Below, piece by piece: positions 19,283-28,906 of a DNA stretch of 64,000 nt (the stretch's first letter is position 1; the number at the start of each line of letters is the position of its first letter). The position numbers and the translations under genes are program-made. The stretch lies in contig CAYNSS010000001.1 of assembly GCA_964400275.1 (NCBI GenBank), positions 558,839 through 622,838 of the forward strand, given 5' to 3'. Source of the stretch: an uncultured Pseudomonadota bacterium. Lineage in GTDB: Bacteria > Babelota > Babeliae > Babelales > Chromulinivoraceae. The notes beneath the pieces were generated by a model, which saw nothing but the letters and a program-made list of their open reading frames with translations, was not told the origin of the DNA and made no database searches.

Positions 19283-19726
19283 TTATGAATGCACAGGAGG
19301 AGTGCTTAATGGATAAGTTACTGTATTAAAGCTCTTTTGATTTATTGCTTTGGTTGCTTCAATTATTAGAATATCAAGTGCACGAGAAGAAATGTTGTTT
19401 TTATCTAAAAATTCTTTAGCTTTTTGTGCTTCATCTAAAGCTTTTTTTAGTGCCTCTTGATCTAAAGGATTTGCGTTATAATTATCTAAAGCGATTTTTA
19501 AATTTATAGAAGAAGTTTTTGCTGGTCGTTGTTCGCTAAAGGCTGTTAGATGGTTGCTAGGCGCTGGTAGTTGTTTGCTAGAGGTTGCTGGCTGTGCGAT
19601 AATGTATATGACATTTTTCTTGGTAGCTGCAGCATTAGATTTTTTGACTTCTTGTGCATCAGATGCGTTGATTACTGCTGCATAAAAAGCGATAGATATA
19701 ATTGTAAGACAAAATTTATTTTTCAT
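19283..19726 (-). CDS. hypothetical secreted protein
   Basis: 147-aa ORF with signal peptide MKNKFCLTIISIAFYAAVINASDA. Confidence 0.5.
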   Translation of the reverse strand: MKNKFCLTIISIAFYAAVINASDAQEVKKSNAAATKKNVIYIIAQPATSSKQLPAPSNHLTAFSEQRPAKTSSINLKIALDNYNANPLDQEALKKALDEAQKAKEFLDKNNISSRALDILIIEATKAINQKSFNTVTYPLSTPPVHS

Positions 19727-19808
19727 GTTGTGATTTATTAATTAAAAATTAAAGATATTTTCTGTTATTAAATAATACTAGAAAATTTCTTTTTTATAAG
19801 CCTTTTTA

Positions 19809-20870
19809 TTAAAAGACCTCATCTGCTTTTTGAGTTCCTATAAACATTGCTCCTGGTTGTTGTTGTGTATTTCCTTGATACTGAGTAAATGATTGTAACG
19901 TAGTGTATTTGGTTATTGTTGCATTTGTTATAATCATTTGTGATGGAACAACAGTATTATCTTCGATGATACTATCCTTGATTTGCGTGTAAGCTCCAAT
20001 GCGACTTCCTTTTTTGATCCAAGTTGACCCTGTTAGAATAACTCCAGTATCAATAAAGCTACCAGGTTCGATTTTGACTGTTTCTTCAATCACAACATTT
20101 AAAGCATTTGCAAATCGTACACCATGATCCATCCAGTATTGTAAAATTTTAGATCTGGAAATATGTTCTATTGCCCATAGGTCAGCAAGAGTTTCAACAC
20201 TTCTGATAACATCAAAATTTACTTGATTTGTTATTATTTTTGCTTGTTGTTCGCTTGCTATTTGTACTAATTCTTGTAAAAACATTTCACCTGTTATTTC
20301 ATCTTTTGTAAGAAGATGAATGTTTTTTTCTAAGAATGTTCGTTTTATAAGATATATACCAGCGCTCACACAACAGTGAGAAGGGTCGATTTCTTTATCT
20401 GTTTCATTGGAGAGTTCAATTTTATTGTTATTTGTGATGATGCGGGATTCTTTATTTAAAGTGTCATCAACGTGAGCAGTAATAAAGCTTATTTCAGCAT
20501 CAAATTTTATATGTTTTCTATATAATTTATTTATAACATCAGGAGTTAGTAATGGAATATCTGCATGCATAATTAAAATGTGATCATGAGACCAAATATT
20601 TTGGGTAATTTGTAAAGCATGTCCGGTTCCAAGTGGTTCATGTTGTAAAATAAAATCAGGAAAGAAATCTTTTTTTTGAATGATATTTTTTATGAGTTCA
20701 TATTGATAGCCGATAACAACGGCCGTTGGAATTTCTAAACTTTTTAAAAGTTTAATGGGATATAGAATTAATTCGGTACCACAAATTTTTTCAATTAATT
20801 TTGTTTTGCCTGTATGAAATCTCTTAGATATACCGCCAGCAAGCACAATTGCCTGGATATTTTCTAACAT
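19809..20870 (-). CDS. sugar-1-phosphate nucleotidyltransferase with left-handed beta-helix domain (GlmU-like)
   Basis: Start moved to ATG 20870 (GGGAGAT upstream). LAGGISKRF...GKTKL nucleotidyltransferase loop and C-terminal hexapeptide repeats. About 353 aa, shorter than canonical GlmU. Confidence 0.65.
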   Translation of the reverse strand: MLENIQAIVLAGGISKRFHTGKTKLIEKICGTELILYPIKLLKSLEIPTAVVIGYQYELIKNIIQKKDFFPDFILQHEPLGTGHALQITQNIWSHDHILIMHADIPLLTPDVINKLYRKHIKFDAEISFITAHVDDTLNKESRIITNNNKIELSNETDKEIDPSHCCVSAGIYLIKRTFLEKNIHLLTKDEITGEMFLQELVQIASEQQAKIITNQVNFDVIRSVETLADLWAIEHISRSKILQYWMDHGVRFANALNVVIEETVKIEPGSFIDTGVILTGSTWIKKGSRIGAYTQIKDSIIEDNTVVPSQMIITNATITKYTTLQSFTQYQGNTQQQPGAMFIGTQKADEVF

Positions 20871-21051
20871 ATGATCTCCCTTAGTTTGTATATTTTTTAG
20901 TAGCAAACTTTTAATATGTTTTCAAACATAGCAGAGGGTCTATTGAGTTTCAAGATAAAATAAAAAATTATGGTATTTTTATAGAAAGAAGATATTTTTA
21001 ACAAAAAGAATTTTTAAAAAACAAGAAAATGATTTAAAATAAATAACAAAT

Positions 21052-21098
21052 AGATTCTTGCTTTTAAAAGAATCCATTAGATTCTTTGCAAAGAATGC
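21052..21098. promoter_or_regulatory. two adjacent copies of the recurring palindrome AGATTCTT-N-AAGAATSC
   Basis: agattcttgcttttaaaagaatcc (21052..21075) and agattctttgcaaagaatgc (21079..21098), 44-90 nt upstream of GTG 21142. Confidence 0.6.
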
Positions 21099-21141
21099 AT
21101 CTACTCTGAAATTAAAATTTCATAAGATCTAAGGATAAAAA

Positions 21142-22419
21142 GTGATTGTAGCAACAAGATTATGGCGAAATTCTCTAGTATGTTTAACTCTACTAGTGGT
21201 ATTACATACTAATATTATACAAGGTATGGTGTGGGATAACCGATACTTTCCTTGGTTTGATCATCTTTATACGGGAAGTGATAGCCGAAAAAGTAATATA
21301 GATGCACAAGTTTTTTTCTTGAAGGGTGGGGATGCTTTTCGATACCAATCACGGTCTGTAAGAGATGAACAGACTATTTCTATTCCAGAATTGTTTGGTC
21401 AACTTGATTTAGTTCCTGTAGCAAACTCTATCGTTAAATCAGGAAAACCGAATCCATTACCAGATGATTGGCAATGGTTATCTGAAATTAAAGCAGTTAT
21501 GCCATGTTCTTTAGAAGGACAAGGAGGATTGCTTACTATGTATGGTGCTATAGCGCCGCATTTTGGAATTGGTGGTTCAACATTAATTATGAAACTTAAT
21601 AACTTTGTAAATATTTTACCAGCTCCAGAATCTATTGATAAATTAAATCTTAATACACCTGGAAATTTGTCTGTATTTGATCAAACAATGCAAAAAATTT
21701 ATCAAGAAATTGATATGCCTTGTACTTGTTTTCAAGAAGTAGGGGTTGGAGACGTTGTTCTTTATGTAAATATTTATGATGTTCATGAATATAAATATAA
21801 ATTTAGAAAATTAGATTGGGGTGTTTGGCTTGGATGTATTATTCCAAGTGGACTTAAATATAATCCAGCAAATTTAGGTTCAATAGGTTTTGGTAATCAA
21901 TATGGAGGTTGGGGTTGGTTTATTGCTCCCCGTGCTGAATTTGAACTTCGTGATGATTTGAAATTTGGAATCATGGGAAGAATAACACAACGATTTGATA
22001 CTTGCTTTACAGGAAGAATTCCATTGGGCAAAGAACAAAGTTTGTTTGCGCCAATTATAGGATCTGTTGGTGTTGATCAAGGAACTACATTTGGAGTAAC
22101 ATCCTATTTTGTTTTTGAAGATATTCGAGCAGGACTTGGAGTTCAAGTTCAATATACGATTAATCATCATGAAAATGATACCTTTTATGCAAAGGTACCT
22201 GGACTTGATGTAAATCCGAAATTTCGTGATATGGGTTATTATTCTGCTTGGACAGATGAATATTTTAGTATTAAACTATTTTACGATGTTGCTTATGATA
22301 AGTTTTGGAAAATTCGACCAAATGTTTACTTTGCATGGGATTGTCCTATGAATCATTTATTTGGGCGAGGTTTTGGAAGAACAAATAAGATAGCACTTGG
22401 TTGTATGGTTAATTTTTAA
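21142..22419 (+). CDS. putative outer-membrane beta-barrel protein
   Basis: Signal peptide. Alternating aromatic/Gly-rich segments. C-terminal ...LGCMVNF ends in Phe, the OMP sorting signature. Confidence 0.5.
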   Translation: MIVATRLWRNSLVCLTLLVVLHTNIIQGMVWDNRYFPWFDHLYTGSDSRKSNIDAQVFFLKGGDAFRYQSRSVRDEQTISIPELFGQLDLVPVANSIVKSGKPNPLPDDWQWLSEIKAVMPCSLEGQGGLLTMYGAIAPHFGIGGSTLIMKLNNFVNILPAPESIDKLNLNTPGNLSVFDQTMQKIYQEIDMPCTCFQEVGVGDVVLYVNIYDVHEYKYKFRKLDWGVWLGCIIPSGLKYNPANLGSIGFGNQYGGWGWFIAPRAEFELRDDLKFGIMGRITQRFDTCFTGRIPLGKEQSLFAPIIGSVGVDQGTTFGVTSYFVFEDIRAGLGVQVQYTINHHENDTFYAKVPGLDVNPKFRDMGYYSAWTDEYFSIKLFYDVAYDKFWKIRPNVYFAWDCPMNHLFGRGFGRTNKIALGCMVNF

Positions 22420-22429
22420 AGATAGTTAA

Positions 22430-23506
<1,077 letters not shown>

Positions 23507-23509
23507 AAT

Positions 23510-24301
23510 ATGACATACCGTAAACCACAAAGCCAAGGCATTGAGCTTAAGAAAAAACATGGACAGAACTTTTTAAAAGAGCGTGTTTTTATAGAACGCA
23601 TGATAGAAGCTGTTGATGTTGATTTAAAAATTAATGTTATGGAAATTGGATGTGGTGAAGGTATTTTGACTCAAGCAATTCTTCAAGGTCCTTGTAAACA
23701 GTTAAAAGTTTTTGAAATTGATCCAGAGTGGGCAGATTTTGTAAAAAATCTGTACGGCTCAGATAAGCGTCTTGCAGTAATACTACAAAACGTTTTGGAT
23801 GCAAATTGGGATCTTTTAACTGATCAAGGACCTTGGGTTCTTTTAGCAAATCTTCCCTATCACGTTACATTTCCGATTTTATATAAAGTGCATAAGTATC
23901 GTCACATTTTTAATGAAGGTGTGATTATGGTACAAGAAGAAGTTGCACAAAAAATTGTAAAGTCCGGTGGTCGTGATTATGGTTATACATCACTTTTCTT
24001 TCAACATTATTTTACCTGGAAACTTTTAGATAAAGTACCACCAGGAGCATTTTTTCCTCCTCCAAAAGTATTTTCTCGATTAATTTATTTTGCACCTAAA
24101 AAAGAGGTTATAGAAATAAAGCAGGAAGAAGAATTTTGGAAATTTATAAAACTTTGTTTTGGACAACCGCGCAGAACATTGCATAATAATTTAAAAACAA
24201 CGCATTTTGATTTATCTAAATTATCACAAGAAATTCTTCTAAAACGTGGACAAGAACTTTCAATGCAAGATTTTTTAAACATTTGGCATGTTTTGAATTA
24301 A
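23510..24301 (+). CDS. rsmA: 16S rRNA (adenine1518/1519-N6)-dimethyltransferase
   Basis: KKHGQNFL, SAM motif EIGCGEGILT, ANLPYH. Confidence 0.9.
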   Translation: MTYRKPQSQGIELKKKHGQNFLKERVFIERMIEAVDVDLKINVMEIGCGEGILTQAILQGPCKQLKVFEIDPEWADFVKNLYGSDKRLAVILQNVLDANWDLLTDQGPWVLLANLPYHVTFPILYKVHKYRHIFNEGVIMVQEEVAQKIVKSGGRDYGYTSLFFQHYFTWKLLDKVPPGAFFPPPKVFSRLIYFAPKKEVIEIKQEEEFWKFIKLCFGQPRRTLHNNLKTTHFDLSKLSQEILLKRGQELSMQDFLNIWHVLN

Positions 24302-24323
24302 TAAATGTAGGTTTGAAAATAGT

Positions 24324-24356
24324 AAGAGGTGATTTTAAAAATCACCTCTTTTTTTA
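24324..24356 (+). terminator. rho-independent terminator of rsmA
   Basis: Stem aagaggtgatt / aatcacctctt, then T6. Confidence 0.8.
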
Positions 24357-24359
24357 TTC

Positions 24360-24872
24360 TTAGCAATTGCAACCAAGTAGATCGTGTAAAATTTCCATAG
24401 GATTTGGAAGTACAATGTCTGTCGGTAATTTGTCGTATGAGTATTCTACCGATGTAGCAAGCGCTTGAAATAATCTTTCTTCTCCTGAATGAAGTGGTCT
24501 TTGAGTATTTAATCCATCAAAATCAGAATTAAAATTATAGTGTTTTCGGTGTTCTTTTGGTTTTTGTATGTATTTTGCAAGTTTAGCTGGGAAAATAGTA
24601 AAATTAACAGGATCATTATTATTAGTTTTTTGAATATCAATGCGAATTGAATCTGTATTTGGCGTTATTATAATATTTTCTAATCGATGAGAGGAGCTAA
24701 AATTTACTTGCATATCAATAGTAGGTTTTGGATGTATAGAAATTGAAATAGTTTTTGATTTCGGTTGTTGTGTTTTGTGTGAGATGTTTTTTTTATGATT
24801 AGATTCTTTTGCAAAAACAACACTTTCAAAAATGCATAATAGAATTATTAAAAAATTTAAATATTTCATCAA
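24360..24872 (-). CDS. hypothetical secreted protein
   Basis: 170-aa ORF with signal peptide MMKYLNFLIILLCIFESVVFA. Confidence 0.5.
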   Translation of the reverse strand: MMKYLNFLIILLCIFESVVFAKESNHKKNISHKTQQPKSKTISISIHPKPTIDMQVNFSSSHRLENIIITPNTDSIRIDIQKTNNNDPVNFTIFPAKLAKYIQKPKEHRKHYNFNSDFDGLNTQRPLHSGEERLFQALATSVEYSYDKLPTDIVLPNPMEILHDLLGCNC

Positions 24873-24932
24873 ATATCCTCTTTGAAAAATTATAAATAGA
24901 TAATTTATTATCTATTTCAGTTTGATAAAAAA

Positions 24933-24941
24933 GGGGGGGGG
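24933..24941. repeat. G9 homopolymer (C9 on the gene strand)
   Basis: aaaaGGGGGGGGGaaatc, in the 80-nt gap between the permease stop (24953) and the start of 24360..24872. Confidence 0.9.
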
Positions 24942-24952
24942 AAATCAAGGGC

Positions 24953-25798
24953 TTAATTAAAATTTTTTAAAATATAAGTTGTAATAAATAATAAACTATA
25001 AACTGTTGTAATTGATGCAGCAAATGATGTTGCAAGAATATTTGCCATCAAGCATCCTGCAATAACTCCAAAAATGCTCAAAAAACAGCTAATAATTAAA
25101 ATATTTTTTACAGAACTACAAAGCATATATGCGGTTGCTGGTGGGATGATGATAAAAGATATGACTAAAATAGCACCAGTTGCTTCAAAAGCTCCTAAAA
25201 TAGTGATAGTTGTCAGTGTCATTAAACACCAATGAATTTTATTGGTATTATAGTTGACAGTGTGTGCAAATTCAGGATCAAAGGTCGTGACCAATAATTT
25301 TTTATAGATGATGGCGATGGTTATCAAGTTAATTAGAAATATAATTATCATAGTCCATAAAGCATAAGATCCGATCATTATATTATTCCATAAAATTTGA
25401 AAAAATGGGGTAAAAGCAAGTTCTCCCATTAAGACCGCATCAATATCAAGATGAATATTTTGTGCATATAGATTAATTAGTACGGTAGCGATAGAAAATA
25501 AAAAAGGAAAAATAATTCCAATTGCAGCATCAGATTCAAGTCGTTTGCTCATGATAATTTTTTGAATAAGACATATAGTAAGCAGAGCTATTATAGTTGC
25601 TCCTGCAAAAAGAATTGGCGTATTAAATTGTCTAAATAGTAAGAAGGTGAGTACTATTCCTAAAAAAATTGCATGGCTTATTGCATCGCTAATCAGACTG
25701 GTCCCTCGTAGAATTAAGAATGTTCCAGGAAGTACACATGCAAGGCCGGTAAAAATAGAAGTAAGGATGAGTTGTAAATAGAGGAAGGTAATTGTCAT
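24953..25798 (-). CDS. metal (Zn/Mn/Fe) ABC transporter permease, ABC-3 family
   Basis: About 8 TM helices. ABC-3 (ZnuB/TroD/YtgD-like) hydrophobic pattern. 4-nt overlap with the upstream permease. Confidence 0.75.
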   Translation of the reverse strand: MTITFLYLQLILTSIFTGLACVLPGTFLILRGTSLISDAISHAIFLGIVLTFLLFRQFNTPILFAGATIIALLTICLIQKIIMSKRLESDAAIGIIFPFLFSIATVLINLYAQNIHLDIDAVLMGELAFTPFFQILWNNIMIGSYALWTMIIIFLINLITIAIIYKKLLVTTFDPEFAHTVNYNTNKIHWCLMTLTTITILGAFEATGAILVISFIIIPPATAYMLCSSVKNILIISCFLSIFGVIAGCLMANILATSFAASITTVYSLLFITTYILKNFN

Positions 25799-26895
25799 AG
25801 TAAAACTTCTTTATGTTTTTTTAAAAACTGTACACCATATTCTGTTAAAGCCCAGAAGTTTTCTTGCGGGCTGTAAAGATACCCTTGTTTTTGTAGTTCC
25901 ATAAGTTGTTCATTGGTGATTGGTTTGCCGATAGCAGTTAGTGTTGCAATATTGTGAGCATAGTATGGATCTGTTTTTGCTTCATTGAATAGTAAAAAAC
26001 GTGATAAAATTTGAAAAGTATTGAGTTGTTCATTTTTTTTTCTATTTTTATACCATTCTAAAATAATTCCGTGCGGGCTTATAAGTAGTGATATACCTGT
26101 AATGCAAGTTGCGATAATTACAATCATTGGTCCAGATGGTACATGGTAAAACATTGAGCTTATAAAGATACCAGTCGTTGTTGCAATGAGTCCAAAAAAA
26201 GCAGCAAGTAATATCATCGTATTAAAATTTTTTGACCATTGATATGCGGCAGCTGCTGGATTAATTAAAAGAGAGCTCATGAGAATAATTCCAACGATCT
26301 GCATTCCTGCAATAATCATTAATGTTGTAATAGTCAGGATGATAAAAGATATCACGTTAGCGTTAATTTTAAGATTATCACTAAATATTGGATCAAATAA
26401 AATGGCATTATATTTATTTTTGTACGTAATAAATATGATTAATGCAATTATGCTTATAAACGTAATAATAATGCAATCTTGTTCAAGCATAGTTGCAGGA
26501 TTTCCTAAAAAATATTTGGTAATAAGTCCAGAATTGATAATGTTAAGTTGCTGAATTTTGCTTAAAACCATAGTTCCAAGACCAAAACATGCAGCTAGGA
26601 TAACACCTAAAATAGTATCTTTTTTAAGAGTTGTTGAAATTGTTAATTTTTTTATGGCATAGGCAGAAATTAAAGAGCTACATAAAGCACCAAGCATTAA
26701 AATATCAAAGTTTTTACAGTGAGTTATAAAGAAAGCTAAGGTAATTCCAGGAAATGTAGCGTGAGCAATAGTATCAGCAAATAAACTTTTTTTTTCTAAA
26801 AACAACCAAGATCCAATTACGCCAGACATAGCCCCAAATAGCCCAGTCGTAAACATTATCATACAAGTATGGTCAATCATAAAGAAATATTCCAA
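25795..26895 (-). CDS. metal ABC transporter permease fused to a C-terminal winged-helix-like domain
   Basis: N-terminal ~280 aa are ABC-3 permease-like. An extra ~85-aa soluble tail reads LNTFQILSRFLLFNE...HNIATLTAIGKPITNEQLMELQKQGYLYSPQENFWALTEYGVQFLKKH. Confidence 0.7.
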   Translation of the reverse strand: MEYFFMIDHTCMIMFTTGLFGAMSGVIGSWLFLEKKSLFADTIAHATFPGITLAFFITHCKNFDILMLGALCSSLISAYAIKKLTISTTLKKDTILGVILAACFGLGTMVLSKIQQLNIINSGLITKYFLGNPATMLEQDCIIITFISIIALIIFITYKNKYNAILFDPIFSDNLKINANVISFIILTITTLMIIAGMQIVGIILMSSLLINPAAAAYQWSKNFNTMILLAAFFGLIATTTGIFISSMFYHVPSGPMIVIIATCITGISLLISPHGIILEWYKNRKKNEQLNTFQILSRFLLFNEAKTDPYYAHNIATLTAIGKPITNEQLMELQKQGYLYSPQENFWALTEYGVQFLKKHKEVLL

Positions 26896-27620
26896 TTAAA
26901 TGGGGCCTGAAATGTTTTTTCTATATTTTCTTGTGTCAAAACAATATTTGTTGGACCTAGTGCGATATGTTTTACATTCATCAGGAATGTCCAGTCAAAA
27001 TATTTTTGTACAGTCATTAGATCATGATGTACGACGATAATACTTTTTCCTGAATTTTTTAATTGATGTAAAAGATTCAAGATTAGTTCTTCTGTGGTTA
27101 TGTCAATTCCGTTAAATGGTTCATCAAGAATTAAAATATCAGCTTGTTGAGCAAGTGCTCTGGCAATAAAAACGCGTTGCTGCTGGCCACCAGAGAGTTT
27201 GCTAATATGACGATCTTTAAAATTAATCATACCTACTTTATCAAGTGCCCATGTTACAATTTCATGATCAGTTGGTTGTGGTCTTTGATACCATTTTAAA
27301 TGTGGTAAACGTGCCATCATAACAACATCGTAAACATTAATAGGAAAGGTCCAATCAACAGAATTTTTTTGAGGAACATATGCAATTACTTGGGGTTTTT
27401 GTGTTATTGGATTTGGATGAATAGAAATTGTTCCAGCAATAGGCTCTATAATTTTTACTATAGATTTTAAAAGTGTTGTTTTACCACTACCATTAGGTCC
27501 AATAATTCCTAAAATAGTTTTTTGGGGGACTGTAAGATCTAAATCCCAAATAACAGGTTTTGAATTGTAAACAACTGTTAAATCTTTGATAGTGATAGCA
27601 GGAATAATTTGATTAAACAT
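26877..27620 (-). CDS. metal ABC transporter ATP-binding protein
   Basis: Walker A GPNGSGKTT, signature LSGGQQQR, Walker B ILILDEP. Confidence 0.9.
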   Translation of the reverse strand: MFNQIIPAITIKDLTVVYNSKPVIWDLDLTVPQKTILGIIGPNGSGKTTLLKSIVKIIEPIAGTISIHPNPITQKPQVIAYVPQKNSVDWTFPINVYDVVMMARLPHLKWYQRPQPTDHEIVTWALDKVGMINFKDRHISKLSGGQQQRVFIARALAQQADILILDEPFNGIDITTEELILNLLHQLKNSGKSIIVVHHDLMTVQKYFDWTFLMNVKHIALGPTNIVLTQENIEKTFQAPFNWNISL

Positions 27621-27758
27621 ATATTCTTATAATTGGTAGTAACTATAAAAATTAGTATAACAGAAACTTTGATAAAGATGAATTTAGTGAAAGGAGCAGT
27701 AAATCATAAAATTATTATTTTTTTCTCTAAATTCATCATAAGTTTTTGTTTAAATTTT

Positions 27759-28835
27759 TTATTTTGAGGCATTATTTGTTACAGAAGGCCAGATGTTTTT
27801 CAATTCAGGATTAATATTTTCCATTTGTTCGATAATGCTTGATAATTTATCTAAAGTTTCAAGTGTTAATTCACCGTTTGTGTTATCACATTTGTAATGT
27901 TTTTGAAAAGTTATAAGTGCAGCTTTAAAAGTTGGATGATCTTTATTTGTAGTTATAGGAGTTACATAGCCTATTTTTCGTAAAGCAGCAGAGATGATAG
28001 ATAATTGAAATAAAGATTTTATATTCTTTGGATTTTTATTTTTTGGCCATATTGTTAAGCCTTGTTCGGCTAATTTTTGCCAAGGTAAGTTTTCTTGTGT
28101 GTTTCTTCTGCCATAAGGAAGTGCTATAGTCCCATAATCGACCACATTATATGGCCTTATTTCAAATTTATTTGAAATCCATCCAACTAATTGAGTTAAA
28201 GCTTTTTCTTGTTCTTCTGTTGCAGCTTGAGTCTCATGACCTACAACAGAGATGGTAATCGAAACTGCATTCATATCGCGTTCTTCATATTCACCATCAA
28301 TAGTTTTTCCAGAAGCACCTACAGCAAATGGACGATGTTTTAAAGCGTCTTGAATTGACTCGCCTTCAGCAGTTACTGGATAAATAGAACCATCAAGATC
28401 GATGATAAAATTGTGAGCAACGCGATTTTTTTGTAATGTTTCCACAGAGTCTTGTAGGGTTCGTTTTCCAGAGAATGTTAAAACTATGTGAGTAGGTTTT
28501 GTTGCTTCTCCTGAGTAAATTCGTTTTCTTTTTTGATCATGTCCAATTTCAGGGACTTGGCGGCCAGTACAGTCATCATGAGAAATTTTAGATCCTGTGA
28601 TGTGTTTGCGCAAAAAAGCCATAACTGCCGATAAGGTCGATTGGTCAGGAAATTCTTGAGCTGCAGTTTCTTCAAGTTTGAGTCGACTAATTAAATCACG
28701 CTTAGAAAACAAATGAAGAGGATCTTTAAATTCAGGTTGTTCAAATGTTGGTTTCTCAGGATTTGGTTGTTCTAGGTTTGGGTATAATTGATAACAAGAT
28801 AAGGCTATTAGTAAGATTAATTTGTTTTTGTTCAA
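27759..28835 (-). CDS. secreted Amidase_2/PGRP-like domain protein with C-terminal peptidoglycan-binding domain
   Basis: HNFIIDLDGSIYPV, NAVSITISVVG and EEQEKALTQLVGWISNKF blocks resemble N-acetylmuramoyl-L-alanine amidase type 2. The C-terminus LRKIGY...FKAALITFQKHY...NGELTLETLDKL resembles PG_binding_1. Confidence 0.55.
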   Translation of the reverse strand: MNKNKLILLIALSCYQLYPNLEQPNPEKPTFEQPEFKDPLHLFSKRDLISRLKLEETAAQEFPDQSTLSAVMAFLRKHITGSKISHDDCTGRQVPEIGHDQKRKRIYSGEATKPTHIVLTFSGKRTLQDSVETLQKNRVAHNFIIDLDGSIYPVTAEGESIQDALKHRPFAVGASGKTIDGEYEERDMNAVSITISVVGHETQAATEEQEKALTQLVGWISNKFEIRPYNVVDYGTIALPYGRRNTQENLPWQKLAEQGLTIWPKNKNPKNIKSLFQLSIISAALRKIGYVTPITTNKDHPTFKAALITFQKHYKCDNTNGELTLETLDKLSSIIEQMENINPELKNIWPSVTNNASK

Positions 28836-28906
28836 GGGTGATTCCTTTTTGTTGAAAGTATGAATATCATAAAAATTTTAATTTCAATAATTTGATCAGT
28901 AAAACT

